A DNA stretch of 57,848 nucleotides, counting the filler, from Catajapyx aquilonaris (Eukaryota), in assembly GCA_000934665.2 (NCBI GenBank). It is 3 parts of 3 records of this genome, joined end to end, with 100 filler letters (N's around TTAATTAATTAA, not from the genome) between each part and the next. Parts side by side here need not be neighbours in the genome. Positions count along the whole stretch, not along the records: positions 18,063 to 39,765 come from JYFJ02006816.1; 2 more parts are not named here. One strand, given 5' to 3'. Positions within the stretch are counted from its first letter, which is position 1. Each line of letters starts with the position of its first letter. The notes beneath the pieces were generated by a model that did not search any database, was not told where the DNA came from, and worked only from the letters and a program-made list of their open reading frames with translations. Shown here in pieces: positions 22,398 through 35,167 of the stretch. Made by a program: the position numbers and the translations under genes.

Positions 22398-24308
22398 CCC
22401 CTTCGGCCCCAGATCGGCCCGAACCACACAGTTTTTGGCTTACGCGTACTCCGAAGATACGGACAAGATATTTTGCAAATAATAACAGCTATACTTACGA
22501 GATCGGGGAAAACCCTGTGAATGTGTCTGGAACCATTTTGCTCGTCTAGAAGTCCCTAAATTAATTTCCAAAAAAGAGCTATAAAACTCGAAATTGGACT
22601 ACTGCCGCCCAACTTTTAGGTTGATTTAATTGTGAAATGCGTGAAAATATGCGGAATAACAACTTTGAGAACCATACCAGAGGAATTTGCTGAAATCGTC
22701 GCCCTTTGCGAGAAATTAATTAATACTTATTTGCGGCTTTCTGGCACTTCGGAAAACTTCGGAAAACTCCCAAAGGACCTGTTCAAGCAGCCCCGCTACC
22801 TAAACGGCTACCATCTTGCGCATCTTGTAGTGTATAATCTATGCACCTAGTTTTACGCTAAAGGCCGCTGTGTTCGCCACTGACTGTATCTTTGATGTGG
22901 TAGGGGTTGCCACCTAGCGGCCTTGGTAGGATTCAAAACATGTTGTCACTTGGTGAACTGTTTTATTAGTTGATTTAGACTTAGGAAAACTCGTGTGGTT
23001 TTTACCCCGTAAAAATGTTGTAAGAATATTCGTGTGAGACAAATGCCGGGTCCGGGAACCGATATGCGAAATGCAAGCCCCATCGAGATATCACGCGTTT
23101 GCACAATCGCATATCTCTCCCTCACTCCCTCTCCTCTCTCTCACTCTCCCCTAAAAGAGAGAGAGGTGAAAGAGGGGCGGACTCGCCGGACTCAAGATGG
23201 GGTTCGTTGGCAAAGCAAGGCCGAACTCTTTCTCCAAACTGATGAAGGTCACCCGAGGTCACCCTTTAGAAGCATTCATCCATTGAATGACATATATTAG
23301 AGTGGCTGGACAGCAACATTTTGATCCAACTCCCCTGCGTTGCCAAGTTTCAGTGATCTGCTCCAATCTAATGACACGAATCATTGAGCCATGTGGGTGG
23401 CCTTTCTTTGCCAGGATAACTTTGAACAGGTTCTTTATTTGTTTCACCGAAGCAGGTTGGCATAGTGGATAAGGTGTCCGACTGCTAATCGGGAGGTCCT
23501 GGGTTCGAATCCCGGGGCTGGCAACTCTGACCGTGGTTTTCTGTGGTTTCCCACGGTCCTTCCAGGGAAATTCCGGAGCTGTTTCCGTAATTAACAGGCC
23601 ACAGCCGCTTCCTTCCGTCCCTATCCCATCCCAAAAAGTGCAGTAAAATGAAAGCAAAGAGTTCCAGGCAAAAGAAAAACTTCCCCCCTAAAGAGCCGAA
23701 AAAGGCTGATAACGGGGTATGAATTATTATAATATTATTATTATTATTATTATTTGTTTCTCATGAAGTACGACGATTTCAGATTATTATTATTTTTTTT
23801 AATAATAATCCGGGGTAGTGCTTGACCTCATCTGAGGTATGCAGCACGGACCTTTATTTATTATGTCAAGTACATTTGGCGCATACGTTTCCGCAGCACC
23901 ACTCCGCCTCCCTGATTTCAGAAAATTCATCTCATACTCATTTAGGAGTTTTCCTAAGTGCTAGAAAGCCGCAAATAAATATTAATTTATTTCTCGCAAA
24001 GTACGACGATTTCAGCAAATTCGTCTGGCATGGTTTTCATGGTTGTTATTCCGCATATTTTCACGCATTTCATAATCAAATCAGCCTAAAAGTTGGGCGG
24101 CAGTAGTCCAATTTCGAGTTATTATAGCCCCTTTTTGGAAATTAATTTAGGGACTTCTAGACGAGTAAAATGGTTCCAGACACATTCATAGGGTTTTCCC
24201 AGATCTCGTAAGTATAGCTGTTATTATTTGCAAAATATCTTGTCCGTATCTTCGGAGTACGCGTAAGCCAAATACTGTGTGGTTCGGGCCGATCTAGGGC
24301 CGAAGGGG
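22398..24308. mobile_element. Non-autonomous piggyBac-type element with about 360-bp inverted arms
   Basis: TTAA|CCCCTTCGGCCC...GGGCCGAAGGGG|TTAA; arms at about 22398-22760 / 23946-24308; no transposase ORF; contains a SINE. Confidence 0.85.
23446..23749 (+). mobile_element. tRNA-derived SINE, copy 1
   Basis: A box (TGGCATAGTGG), B box (GGTTCGAATCC), central GGTTTTCTGTGGTTTCCC domain, (TTA)n tail, TSD TTATTTGTTTC (23435-23445 / 23750-23760). Confidence 0.9.
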
Positions 24309-25074
24309 TTAATGAAATCCATAAAAAAAGCAATATTAGCTCACCCGAAAATTATGTATGACCAAAAAATATCAGCAATTTTCTTATGCCGTCTCCTTTT
24401 TGCAAATTTTATACCATAGAAATCTTATATCTCTTCAAGGGGCCAAAAAATGGTCCATTATATCTGAGGTGAGGTGAAAATGAGTATGTTGTATCAGGGG
24501 TAAAAATTCACAGGGCCTTATGGAAGTACACCGGGACCTCCCCACAGCAGGACCAAATCGAAAGAAGGCGGACAAAGGTCTACTTTTTGGAGACACTTTG
24601 ACATCCATCCATTCCTATAAAATGGGATCATTGCATAATGCACTCTTTTTCATGGAAAAGTTCCCACCAAACTTGTGTGGAGCCTTGCAAAATTGTCTAA
24701 ATTTCAGTTGTGCGAAATTATTTGTTGTCAAAACTGGCAACGTATCACCGTGTTTAGACACTTACAGGAGCATGTAATAATTGTAATGATTAGTGCATGT
24801 CATGACCCCGTTCTTTATCAATAAAATGATGCCATTATCGCGTACCTAATACAAACCTTTGATGCTTGACTAACACCTTTTCTGAAACCCCCATTATGAA
24901 CGGTTTTCCTCATAAAAGTAGGCATACAAAACGAAAGATACGAGAAGACACGCAAATTTATGGCCTAAACCGTGGACAAGAAGTCCCTGGATCAGATTGA
25001 GATAAATTCAGCTGCGCCATCCTGTGCCGGTGCCCGGGGCAGGGCAGAACGTAACGAAATTACCAGAAATTACG

Positions 25075-25683
25075 CACAGTAGTCCCAAATTGAAAACCGT
25101 GACCAAAAGTGACAAAATTCATGATTCAGGGGTTTTCATGGTCCATAAATTCAAATCTGTTGCTAAAAATCCATGATTCAAAATGGCGGATCCAATATGG
25201 CAGACTTCTGAGAGTAAAACAAATCAAATTAAATCGAAAATTAGGATTTGGGGTTTTTCCAGGTAGAAGATTTCAAATCTGCTGTTAAAATGCCACTTAA
25301 AAATGGCGGTTCCATATGACAGATATATTAGTGTAATATTTGAAATCTTACTACCTGGAAACCCCCGAATCCCAATTTTCGATTTAATTTGAGTCGTTTT
25401 ACTCTCTGAGGTCTGCCATATTGGATCCGCCAGTTTGAATTGTGACATTGTAACGACATATTTGGAATCATCTGCCTAGAAAACCCCCAAATCCCAATTA
25501 TTGATTTAATTTGAGTAATTTTACCGTCAGATGTCTGCCATATTAAATCCACAATTTTGAATTTTGAAATTTTAACAACATATTGAATTGTCGACCATGA
25601 AAACCGCCTAATCGTGAATTTTGTCAAGAAAATGCCATTATTTTGTCTTTTGTCCATCTTTTTTTCAATTTGGTACTACTGTG
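25075..25683. mobile_element. MITE with CAC...GTG termini (Transib- or Chapaev-like)
   Basis: CACAGTAGTCCCAAATTGAAAA / TTTTCAATTTGGTACTACTGTG; internal repeated and inverted AATGGCGGATCCAATATGGCAGAC modules; no TSD seen. Confidence 0.65.
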
Positions 25684-25751
25684 TGGCCTTTCAAGTCTGC
25701 TATGACTGAAAGTCTGTTGTAGCCGAGGCTGTTATTAGGTACAGTAAATTT

Positions 25752-26440
25752 TAAAAACGAACTGTATTTATTGTGCGACATCTATGAGACCGGCAATACC
25801 ACCTATTGACAGGGATAACCTTGAATCCTGAAAGAAAATTATGCGCATGTGCAGCTAGATAGAGTAGGCGTCGCATCACGTGATCAAAAGGGAAGCAACC
25901 CACAGAAAGTGCCGTCAAGTGCAATCCTTGCATTCGAGAATGCCATGATAATTCCCGCCCCCACAGAGCAAATGCCATCAAAGCTGTCATGCATAGATTG
26001 TAATGGAAGTCCCAACCTGTTCCCCAGTGACTTTCACATTTTGGTGAACGGAAGAAATCGTTGTGCTGATGCCGCTTCCAGAGGAACAATGAAGTGAAGG
26101 AGGGAGTTAAGATCTGGTCCCAGGAACAACCCAGGGACTTCTATGAGCAGGCCATTGTACGCCTAGTGTCTCAGTGGGATAAATGTCTAAATCATCACAA
26201 ACAATACTTTTGAAAAAAAGTTAAATGATACATTGATATAGCCTTCAGCGCGTTTTTTATTGACTGGATGGTGCTTTCGGTGGGTTGCTTCCCTTTTCAT
26301 CACGTGATGCAAAGCCTGCTCCCTCCAGCCTCACATGAGCAAGTGCATAATTTTCTTTACGGTTTGAAGCTTATCTCTGCCAATCGTTGTTACTGCCTGT
26401 CCAATAGGTTATCCACAATAATTAGGGCTGGTTTTTTATT
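25752..26440 (+). mobile_element. Degenerate mariner deletion derivative
   Basis: Diverged inverted arms of about 170 bp. The remnant at 26008-26213 reads SPNLFPSDFH...EVKEGVKIW..EQPRDFYEQAIVRLVSQWDKCLN, matching mariner YSPDLAPSD and C-terminal motifs. Confidence 0.75.
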
Positions 26441-26504
26441 GGCTGCATCTAACATCTCCAGTTTCAACTGTATATTCTAGAGAATTCTTATGTTATTTTG
26501 TATC

Positions 26505-26787
26505 ACCGAAGCAGTGGTGGCGGAGGGGATATGGTATCCGACTGCTAATCGGGACGTCCTGGGTTCGATCCCCGGGGCCGGCAACCCTAACCGTGGTTTT
26601 CTGTGGTTTCCCACGGTCCCTCCAGGTAAAATGCCGGTGTTGTTTCCTAAAATAATAGGCCACAACCGCTTCCTTCCGTCCCTATCCGATCCCCAAAAGC
26701 GAAGTAAAAATGCAAAGAAAGAGTTCCAGTCAAAACAAAACTCCCCCCTAAAGAGCCGCTGGCTGATAACGGGGTATGATATTATTA
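26505..26787 (+). mobile_element. tRNA-derived SINE, copy 2 (same family)
   Basis: Colinear with 23446-23749; 17-bp TSD TTATGTTATTTTGTATC (26488-26504 / 26788-26804). Confidence 0.92.
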
Positions 26788-27647
26788 TTATGTTATTTTG
26801 TATCATTAACCCTATGTTTCCCGCTGGATTCTGTACTTTTTGGGTGGGGGTTTAAAAATAGTGCCCTATGTGAAAATCACTGGATCTGGCACCATTGGTT
26901 TCGCTCTCGATTCATGCACAAGATGGGGTTGAACCCTGCTATACGTAAAAACATGCATTGCATCTCGAGAGAGCCATGTACCACCTCATATGCTATATGC
27001 TATACATGTGACGGTGACATCAGCCTATTGCGACATCTATCCGTGTGTTTTTAGGCGGCTTCCACCACTCCGAATCATCCAATATAATTCTACATGATTG
27101 GCCACTCCCTCTGATAAATTATGAAAACATTAAGGGGGGGATAAGGATAATCAGGACTTCTTCGAGTTCCAACTCTGGCCGAAAGAGGAGACAGTGGATC
27201 CCACCCTCGCTACACAAAAGAAAGGTCGCGTTTGCGGTTGACCATTCCCTCTAGGCACAATAAAAACCGTGAAAATTAGGGTTCCCCCAACTTCTAGTAG
27301 TTCTCAAATCAGTCAAATTTTGACAAAATTATTATTTGCCAAAAGGTTATAGCTAAATATAAAAATCTGCTTCACGGGTCCGGAGCACCTCATTTTTCCG
27401 CATTTTTTGGTGCTTGTTACGACATCACTTAAAATTGTACAACAGCGTAATTTACTCCCGAATGCAAATTACTTTTTAAAATACTACATTAATAATATAA
27501 GAAAAGTACATCACACATGTGTAAGAGAGAGGTCAGTTACACTTACACACAAAAAATCAGTTCTGCTGTTGTTAGTTAGCGAGAACTTTACTCCCAAATT
27601 CTCTTTATCCCCCCTAAGTGTATGTTTCAAAAAAAGGTCTGGTTTAA

Positions 27648-28206
27648 AGGGACACTCCACTCAAAATACAAGTTGGGTTTTAAAAATCGGGTTAAAAATC
27701 CTGATTCCAAGGGTATAAGCAGTTTTTCTGAGAGACGAACGGTAAGGCCAGGACTGGCCAGGCCGAGAGGTCAGATTCGTAAAATAATAGTCTCCTGCGC
27801 AGTGAGTGATGGGAACAAGATCCCTCCAGCGGCCAGATGGGGAACCACGCAGACGGACGGGACTGTTCCGGCGTGGTTCCGGGACCGAATATTATGGAAA
27901 AAAGAGAGTGCGCGACCTGATACGGAGGCTAACGAGGCAGTTAGAAGCCCCAACGGTGCGGAGAAGGCATCCCTTATCTCGGTGCGGGGGAGCACCTTTA
28001 ATTCGCGCCATCCCCTGGTCTAGTTCCGCCCGGTTCCGCTCTTCTGGTGGCGTGGCCACCTGCGCCGCGCGCGGTTTTCGAACGGCACACTACCAGCTTA
28101 CACCCTGGCCTTACAGTTCGTCTCAGAAAAACTGCTTATACCCTCGGATTCTGGATTTTTTGCCCGATTTTTAGAACCCAACTTGTATTTTGAGTGGAGT
28201 GTCCCT
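27648..28206. mobile_element. MITE, PIF/Harbinger-like (Kolobok not excluded)
   Basis: TAA|AGGGACACTCCACTCAAAATACAAGTTGGG...CCCAACTTGTATTTTGAGTGGAGTGTCCCT|TAA; arms about 105 bp. Confidence 0.8.
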
Positions 28207-28364
28207 TAAAAAGGAGGTATAAATGTGAGCCACCAGGTACGAAAAAAGGCAGCTCAGGTGATCCAAGGCCACTTCCCCCCAGCTAAGAGCACTCAGCCCG
28301 GCCAATCAGGCGCGAGAACACTTTTTGTCATGCCATTAAAAATATCATGCGAGGTGCGTAAATA

Positions 28365-29123
28365 CAGGGTGTTCCAGAGTTGACGACTCACTCTTTGAAA
28401 CGCAATTACTTTCGAACGGAATAACATATTTATTTAAAGTACTTACCAAAACACCAAGGAAATACTAACTTAAGACCTGTTCTTCATGGTATGGTCAACC
28501 ACCCCCCCTTCCACGTCGATGCAGGCCTGCAATTGCAAGGCGACGTTGTCGCACACCTTCCGACAGAAGTCAACAGGGATTGCGTTGAACTCCTGTGTGA
28601 TTATGTCACGCAGATGCTCCAGGGAGCCCATTCGATGGTGGTAAACCTTTTCCTTCAGATAACATTGATAACCCCACAGGCGTCCGACTGATTTTGCTTT
28701 TGCTGGAGAACTTTCCAGTGCATCTCGGATGCGCTGTTTGTTTTCTGCATTCACAACTGTTCTCCCTTTGCCGGGTTTCTTTTGATCCAAGACACTTCCA
28801 GTTTCATCAAACCGTTGGTTTATCCTCGCAACAGTTTTTCGAGTAGGAGCCGGTCCACCGAAAAGGTTTGCCAGTTGACGGCACACTTCTGTAACATTTT
28901 TTTTTCACTGAATACAGTCGAACACACTGGACACGTTTCTCTAACGACATTCTTGCTTCGGCCATTTTTGTTGCAAGACCTGAGCATTGCTTAGTACTGC
29001 CACCGACATGGAAGATTTTCGCACCCTCCCTTGATGTTTTGGTACGTACTTTAAATAAATATGTTGTTCCGTTCGAAAGTAATTGCGTTTCAAAGAGTGA
29101 GTCGTCTACTCTGGAACACCCTG
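28365..29123 (-). mobile_element. Tc1/mariner-superfamily internal-deletion derivative
   Basis: TA TSD; about 95-bp TIRs CAGGGTGTTCCAGAGT. The minus-strand remnant joins the N-terminal HTH (PTRKTVARINQRFDETGSV) directly to the C-terminus (LWGY..LKEKVY...ACIDVEGG); the catalytic core is absent. Confidence 0.9.
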
Positions 29124-29755
29124 TACTGATGGACATAGAAACTAGAAGAGTTACATACGGCTATGGTGAAAGAAATTTCTGTCTGGGTTATACCAATGAA
29201 TTTTAAACATTTATTCTGTCTTGTCACATTATTATATCACAAAAATGGCAGCAGAAGACATAGGGTAAATGTACACAATTTTGACCCCTGGCAGTGTTAG
29301 CAGGTTTGCAAGTCTTTTTACAACAAAGGAGGATGTTATATTTGAGTTTAGGTAAGCCTTTCTTGCCATAAGTGTGGCAATCAATGTCAGCTGGCCAAGG
29401 CATGGAATTACTCTCATCTATACTTTACACTGCTACATCAGAATGGAGAAGTATTCCTTCCCCCAACTCCTTATTTCCACTTTTATGGTGTTTCAGAATT
29501 TTGGCCGCATACACCGCCACTTACACTGACAATAACAAGCAAAAGAGAGAGAAAAATCCTTATGATACAGGGTAATATCTATGGGTATACAGCCACGATC
29601 TTAGTCAGGGGAGAGGGTCTGAGAGAAAATCTTGGAAAATTATTCGCCCCAAACAGGATCAAGCAATCTGCAAATTTTAAACCCTTCTGTTTCACAAAAT
29701 CAGTTAAATGTGATTGATCGTTATGCATTGAAGCTCTTCCTCTGATTGCATTGTA

Positions 29756-30303
29756 CAGGGTGTATCAGAAGTTGGTGCCTATTTTTATTCCCGAATAACT
29801 TACCAACGAGTACATCTACGGAAGTGAAACATGATTCAAAATGTGCGGGAATTCATGAGAATTTATCTGGGTGACACCTCAGTGACACCTTGCTACTGTG
29901 TCGAGCGCAGCTTGACACTTCTTGCATTGGTGGCGCTGATAACGGGGTCACCTGTGAACAAAATGTCGTACCATCAGTCTGTGACATACGAATGGGGACG
30001 AAGTGTTCGGGGGCTGGTCTGTGATATCACAGAGAGCGAGAGAGGTGGTCCGACATTTTGTTCATAGCTGACCCCGTTATCAGCGCCACCATGGCAAGAA
30101 GTGTCAACCTGCGCCCGCTAACAGCGCCACCGAGGAAGAAGTGTCAAGCTGCGCTCGACACAGTAGCAATGTGTCATTGAGGTGTAACCCAGATAAATTC
30201 TCATGAATTCCCACACATTTTGAATCATGTGTCACTTCCGTAGGTGTACGCGTTGGAAAGTTATTCGGAAATAAAAATAGGCACAGACTTCTGATATACC
30301 CTG
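29756..30303. mobile_element. Tc1/mariner-type MITE with long arms
   Basis: TA|CAGGGTGTATCAGAAGT...ACTTCTGATATACCCTG|TA; arms about 200 bp. Confidence 0.88.
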
Positions 30304-30413
30304 TATATGGATCATGCAGAGCCTGGCCTTATTTTATAAAAGTACTCCTTAAGCTATTTACATAATATCACAGTTGGCACAGCTTCAGATGAAAATGCTT
30401 GGCTTCCTTTCAG

Positions 30414-33307
30414 GTTGCATATGAACATGGTCCAGCATTTCCCAAGACCACCATATGTCCCAGAGATACGGCCACGAACTCACAGCAGCACAGCAATTTC
30501 CACTGGGGCTCTTCCACATTCACTCTACACCAGCCAAGGCACCACCTTGCAAAAACCAGCCGCTGCAACATCTCCTTTGCAACGAAACATGAGCAGTAAT
30601 GCTCCATCACCTCCTGTTGGAAGTTTAAGCAGTCCCCCAGGAGTATCTGTAATAAGTCAGACCCACCCCTCTCCAGTTTCATCACCGATGCGAAGAGCCT
30701 CAGGAAGTGGCAGCAGCCCCCTCCCAGAGCGCCCTCACAGCGTCGAGAATCCTTCCACCCCACGCAGTGCTGGGACATGCATTGATAGTCCACTTACACC
30801 ACGCAGTATGAGCTGCCCGCACACCCCAAGCAGTTCTTCTAACACACCACAACTGGAAATTGCACATTCCCAATCTGAAGGATACAGTCATAATGCACCA
30901 GCTGAAGCGCCACTTAGCATGGGGAATGCATGCATCTCTGAAGAAAGCATTGGAAATGTGGCACCTGGTAGTAATGGAAGCAGGGGTGGTGGAGGTGGAG
31001 GAAACAACCCTGTAATACCTTTCATGTCATTCAGCTTTTTTGGAAACTTCAAACTAGGCCTTCGCGGGGGGAGTCCCATGTCAATTGTCAGTGGAAGTGC
31101 CCGTGAGGGAGAATCAGGGCAAAAAGGAGCAGGGAAAGACACTGGGAGCTATTCTGTTGAGGAACAGGGAGCAGAGAATGCATCAGCACACAAAGATGAG
31201 TTGGGGAGAAAGCTTGTTTCAGATATTTCTGATGGTGCAGAAGGGGGAAAGAATCACTCTGACACTACAGGAGGAAATGACAGAGAAATTTCCAGATTGG
31301 GGGAACCTTGTGGAATGGAATCACCAATTGTCGTCAAAGTGGAAAACACAGGAGACATCTTAGAAAATATCCCCAAACCTGAAGAGGAAGAACATGTTCG
31401 AGGTGAAGAGGTGCACCTTTCAGTTTCAAATCAACATAACAAGCCTGTGAATACTTTCCTAATGACGGAAAGTGCAGTGCCTAATACCAGTTCTTTGACA
31501 ACACTGAAGGTGGAAATGCATAATAGTGTGAGTGAATCACCTATAGTAACTTCACCCATATCTTCAACACTTTCCTCACAAAGCTCAACTACCAGTATTT
31601 TTAGAATTGCTACATCTAATATGACAGGTTCTGTGCAAGAGGTTACTTCTAGTGCCATGTCTTTTGTTGCAATGCCACCCATTCCCCAGCCACCTCTTTC
31701 TGAAGTCCCACCTTCCAGCATCCATCATTCCAATGTTGGCATTCCTGGGGCACTGAAATTGACACAGGCGCAAGCCTCCATCTCACATGTGCCTTCGTAT
31801 CTAGAACGGGTGTCAAGAGGAATTCCTTCGACCACCTTGCCAACACCACCTGCTAGGCTAGCATCCACCCAAGTTGTCAGCACCAGCACTATGCCACGGT
31901 TGCTGGCATTACCTGGAGGGACTTGCACTTCATTGTCATCATGCCCTGGTGGTGTCTTGCCAACCGGCAATTTATCATTCCCAACTATCACTATGCCTAT
32001 AATATCTTGTGCTGCTGTCACTGTGACTGCATTAACATCAAGTAAGGATGCAAGGTCATCAAGTGAAACAAGTGCCACATCAGTACTTCTAAAGCCCCAT
32101 ATTGCTGCTGTCCAACACCGGTCTCCAAGGCTAACCCTAAACAAGGAAGGAGTTGAAACAAGTGCAGCAGAGTTAACTAAGATAGTTTCTGCCCCTCCCA
32201 CTTCCTTAAGCACCACTTGGAGCATACCACCAACTTGTTCAGTGACTCCATTGCCACATGGTGGCCTAGATGTTTCAAAATCTAAGAATGTGATGCAAGT
32301 TTTAACAAGTCTCAGTGCAGTGACTGCCCACGTGAATTCATCATCCATTGTGTATGCTGCAAGACCGCTAGCCATTTCCAGTTCTGCAGGGGCCCAATGT
32401 ACACTAATTCCTGCAACAACTATTGTCACAGGAAGCAGCATGACACCAAAAGTAGTAGCAAGTGCACTCTCAAAAGTGAATAGTGAGGTCACAGAACAGC
32501 TGGAGCTAGAAGTGCCTCCTATGAAACGCTTGAAATCATCTGATGTTACAAGCAACATCTCAAGTAACTGGGCTGATTTTCCAACTTCCATTGGTCATGA
32601 TGAGCAAAAACCAGTTGTGGTGAAAACTGAACCATTGGATTCAAGCTGTTGCAGCAGTAATGATGAACAAGATCAACTAGAAAAGGACGCAACATTGGGT
32701 GGGGCTGTGGTGAAACAAGAAACTGGCAGTGAAGATATGGATACAGATGTTGCTAACCATTTCGTGTTTTCTACAAATGACACCACCCAGTGTAGTGATC
32801 CTTCTTCAGCACCTACCACTTGCTCGTCTAGCCAAGAGACCATTCCCTCTGAATCACAAAATGTGTTGTTGAAGCAACTCCTTCAAAACACTGCCTGTGC
32901 TACGACGACGCAAACCATTACTGATGCATTCTCCCTGACAACTTCTTTATCACAAATGCCACAACAGTCAGTCAACCAAGCAGCTGTGCGACTCCGAGAA
33001 TCTGCTGCAGGTCCAACGTTTGCTAGTCAATCGGCCTCTGTTGCGAGTCCAACTTCCACAGATGCTATTGTTAAAGTGGAGAAGAAAGTTGAGGAAGTTA
33101 TCCAGTCCAAAGTGGAGGATGTCAAGATTCTGGGAACACTGCGTGATGTGGCAAACATGCAAAATTTCTCAGGGGAAGTGAAGGCGGAATTATCCAGACG
33201 AGTTCTTGTTGCTGACGAAGAGGATGACAAAAAAGTTCCAGTTGCACTTGACAGAGAAGAAAATACGGAGGGGACAGATCGGGCATCATTGGAATTGACT
33301 GCTTCTG
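30414..33307 (+). CDS. 2.9-kb internal exon of a large S/T/P-rich nuclear protein; candidate KMT2C/D (Trr/MLL3-4-like) methyltransferase
   Basis: 1004-codon ORF bounded by a TTTCAG acceptor (30413) and a G|GTGAG donor (33307); low complexity, with LxxLL (NVLLKQLLQN), VKTE/VKQE SUMO-like motifs and PPMKRLK. The family call rests on recalled similarity of the KLGLRGGSP and LLKQLLQN motifs; no PHD or SET domain in the window. Confidence 0.6.
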
Positions 33308-34929
33308 GTGAGAGATTTGTCTCCATTAAGGCCTGTTTCCACCTGCACAATTTTCGAGCACAAAAACTAATTTTGATGGAAAGCACAAAAAGGGAGCGCA
33401 AAATGAAGCACAATCTGGGATTATTCTGAAGTAGAAAATTTTGAACTTTTCACAAATTGTGCCTGGCACAAAATGGGAATCCAAGATGGCCAACTGCACA
33501 AGGGCATGAAATGGTGAACTTATCCTAAATATTTTGCGATAATTGAAGCACAATTGACCATTAAATTAAGCTGAATGATTTTCGGACGGGGATTGAGTTT
33601 AAATAAAATGCATTCAGAACTTTGGGTGTTCCCAACGACAGCTCATGTCACTAAGTCCTCGTCCACCGGATCGCGTGCCATCGTGTGTGTAGCTGGCAAG
33701 GGCCAAGTTAGCAGATGTGGCCTCCCATCGTGCAGCAGCCTGACGAGAGGAAGTACACGGAGATCGACTTAGAAGCACCATCAATCTACTTTTGGCTCCA
33801 GCCATACACTGAGATCCTATGCCCTTGTGCACATTCTTTCCTGTGGTTTTTGTGAAAGGGACAAAAATTGTCCTGGTTATAACGAGGGTGGGATTTGTGC
33901 TGCACAAAATCGTCTAGGAACAAAAATTGTTCAGGTCTGCATTTTGTCCAGAACAGAAATAGTTCTGGTGGAAACAGGCCATTAGGGTTGCTTAACTAAT
34001 CTAAAACCCTGAAGAATGAAGGTGGTAATGAGCTATGCGACCCTGTTTTTATGAAATGTCTAAAGAGAGTGAATATAGCAAAGCTGTATGTTGGTGACAT
34101 GAAGCTCTACCTCATGAGAAGATGGGAATATGAGTCACAGGCATGAAACCCCATACTATTCACGAAAAGCTGCTGATGTGCAATATTTCTACTTCAAATC
34201 ACTGGAACACTTTATTTTCAAGGAGCCTGAATACAGATCAGTACTTACGGGTTTTTAGGAAGTTTGTGAATGAGTTGTAGGACTAAATTTCGGATGTCTC
34301 CTACCGGCAAGTTTACGGTCTTATAATCGAACAATTTTAAGAAAAGTGCACGCAGCCACACCTCTCCCTCCCGCCCAATGATCTTAGAGTTTCCCTATCT
34401 ATCCTGCCTCTGATTGGTGCTTCCATGAAAGGTCACCTACATCATGTCCCTTTCTCTAAATAGTTAGACCAGCGTTTCACAACCCAGGTTCCGCAAGCAA
34501 TCGCCAGGGGTTCTGGGAGAAATAGTGACGAATAGGCTAGTCATATGTAAAGGTATTTTTGAGTCCTTAATCTATATTTATGTACAAGAATTTGACAAAA
34601 TAATAGGGATACTTGCAAAAAGTGGTTGAAAGTTCACGTCGGTTTTATTCGAAAACTGGAAATGTTACCAAGATCAATTTTACTGACAAGGGAAGGTCCC
34701 TGGGTGATAATGATGGATATTGATGAAAAACATGATAATACAGGACAATATATAACCAAAAATGAAATATTTCGTGCAGAGGCCCACATTTGCAGAAGTT
34801 ATGACGTCTTAAGTGCCAAAAATCATACATTTTCTTACACAATGGGATTACATTAGTCACTACATAATAATGACATTGAAGTGTGTAATCAGTTTCTAGA
34901 GGACTTCTAATCACAAAAATAGTCCTATA

Positions 34930-35166
34930 GAACGGCTCTGTTCATTCGTCTATCAACGGAAACTAATTTCGAAATCCAACGATAACCCGCCCCTAAAGTA
35001 GACTTGTGTGGATAGAGTGAACCCGGCAAACCGGAAGTTGACCATGAAACCTACTTTGGTCACGCTTAATCCTAATATGAAAACCGTTTGTCGCTATCTC
35101 TGACGGTTTAGGCCTTGATACCTGTCCACGGACGGACAGACAGACAGATAGACAGAGCAGTTCTAT
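34930..35166 (+). mobile_element. Possible Helentron-associated (DINE/HINE-like) fragment
   Basis: (CGGA)(CAGA)n microsatellite at about 35128-35155 near the end of a repeat-like block; architecture only. Confidence 0.35.
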
Positions 35167-35167
35167 A

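Noticed and set aside
23446..23525. Functional tRNA-Ser gene
   Set aside because: Continues into a SINE body with tail and TSD; lacks the acceptor stem and long variable arm.
29935..29948. GCTGATAACGGGGT shared between a MITE arm and the SINE 3' end
   Set aside because: Only 14 nt with no flanking similarity; cannot be distinguished from chance.
31725..32591. 288-aa minus-strand ORF
   Set aside because: Antisense shadow of the large exon, with no independent motifs.
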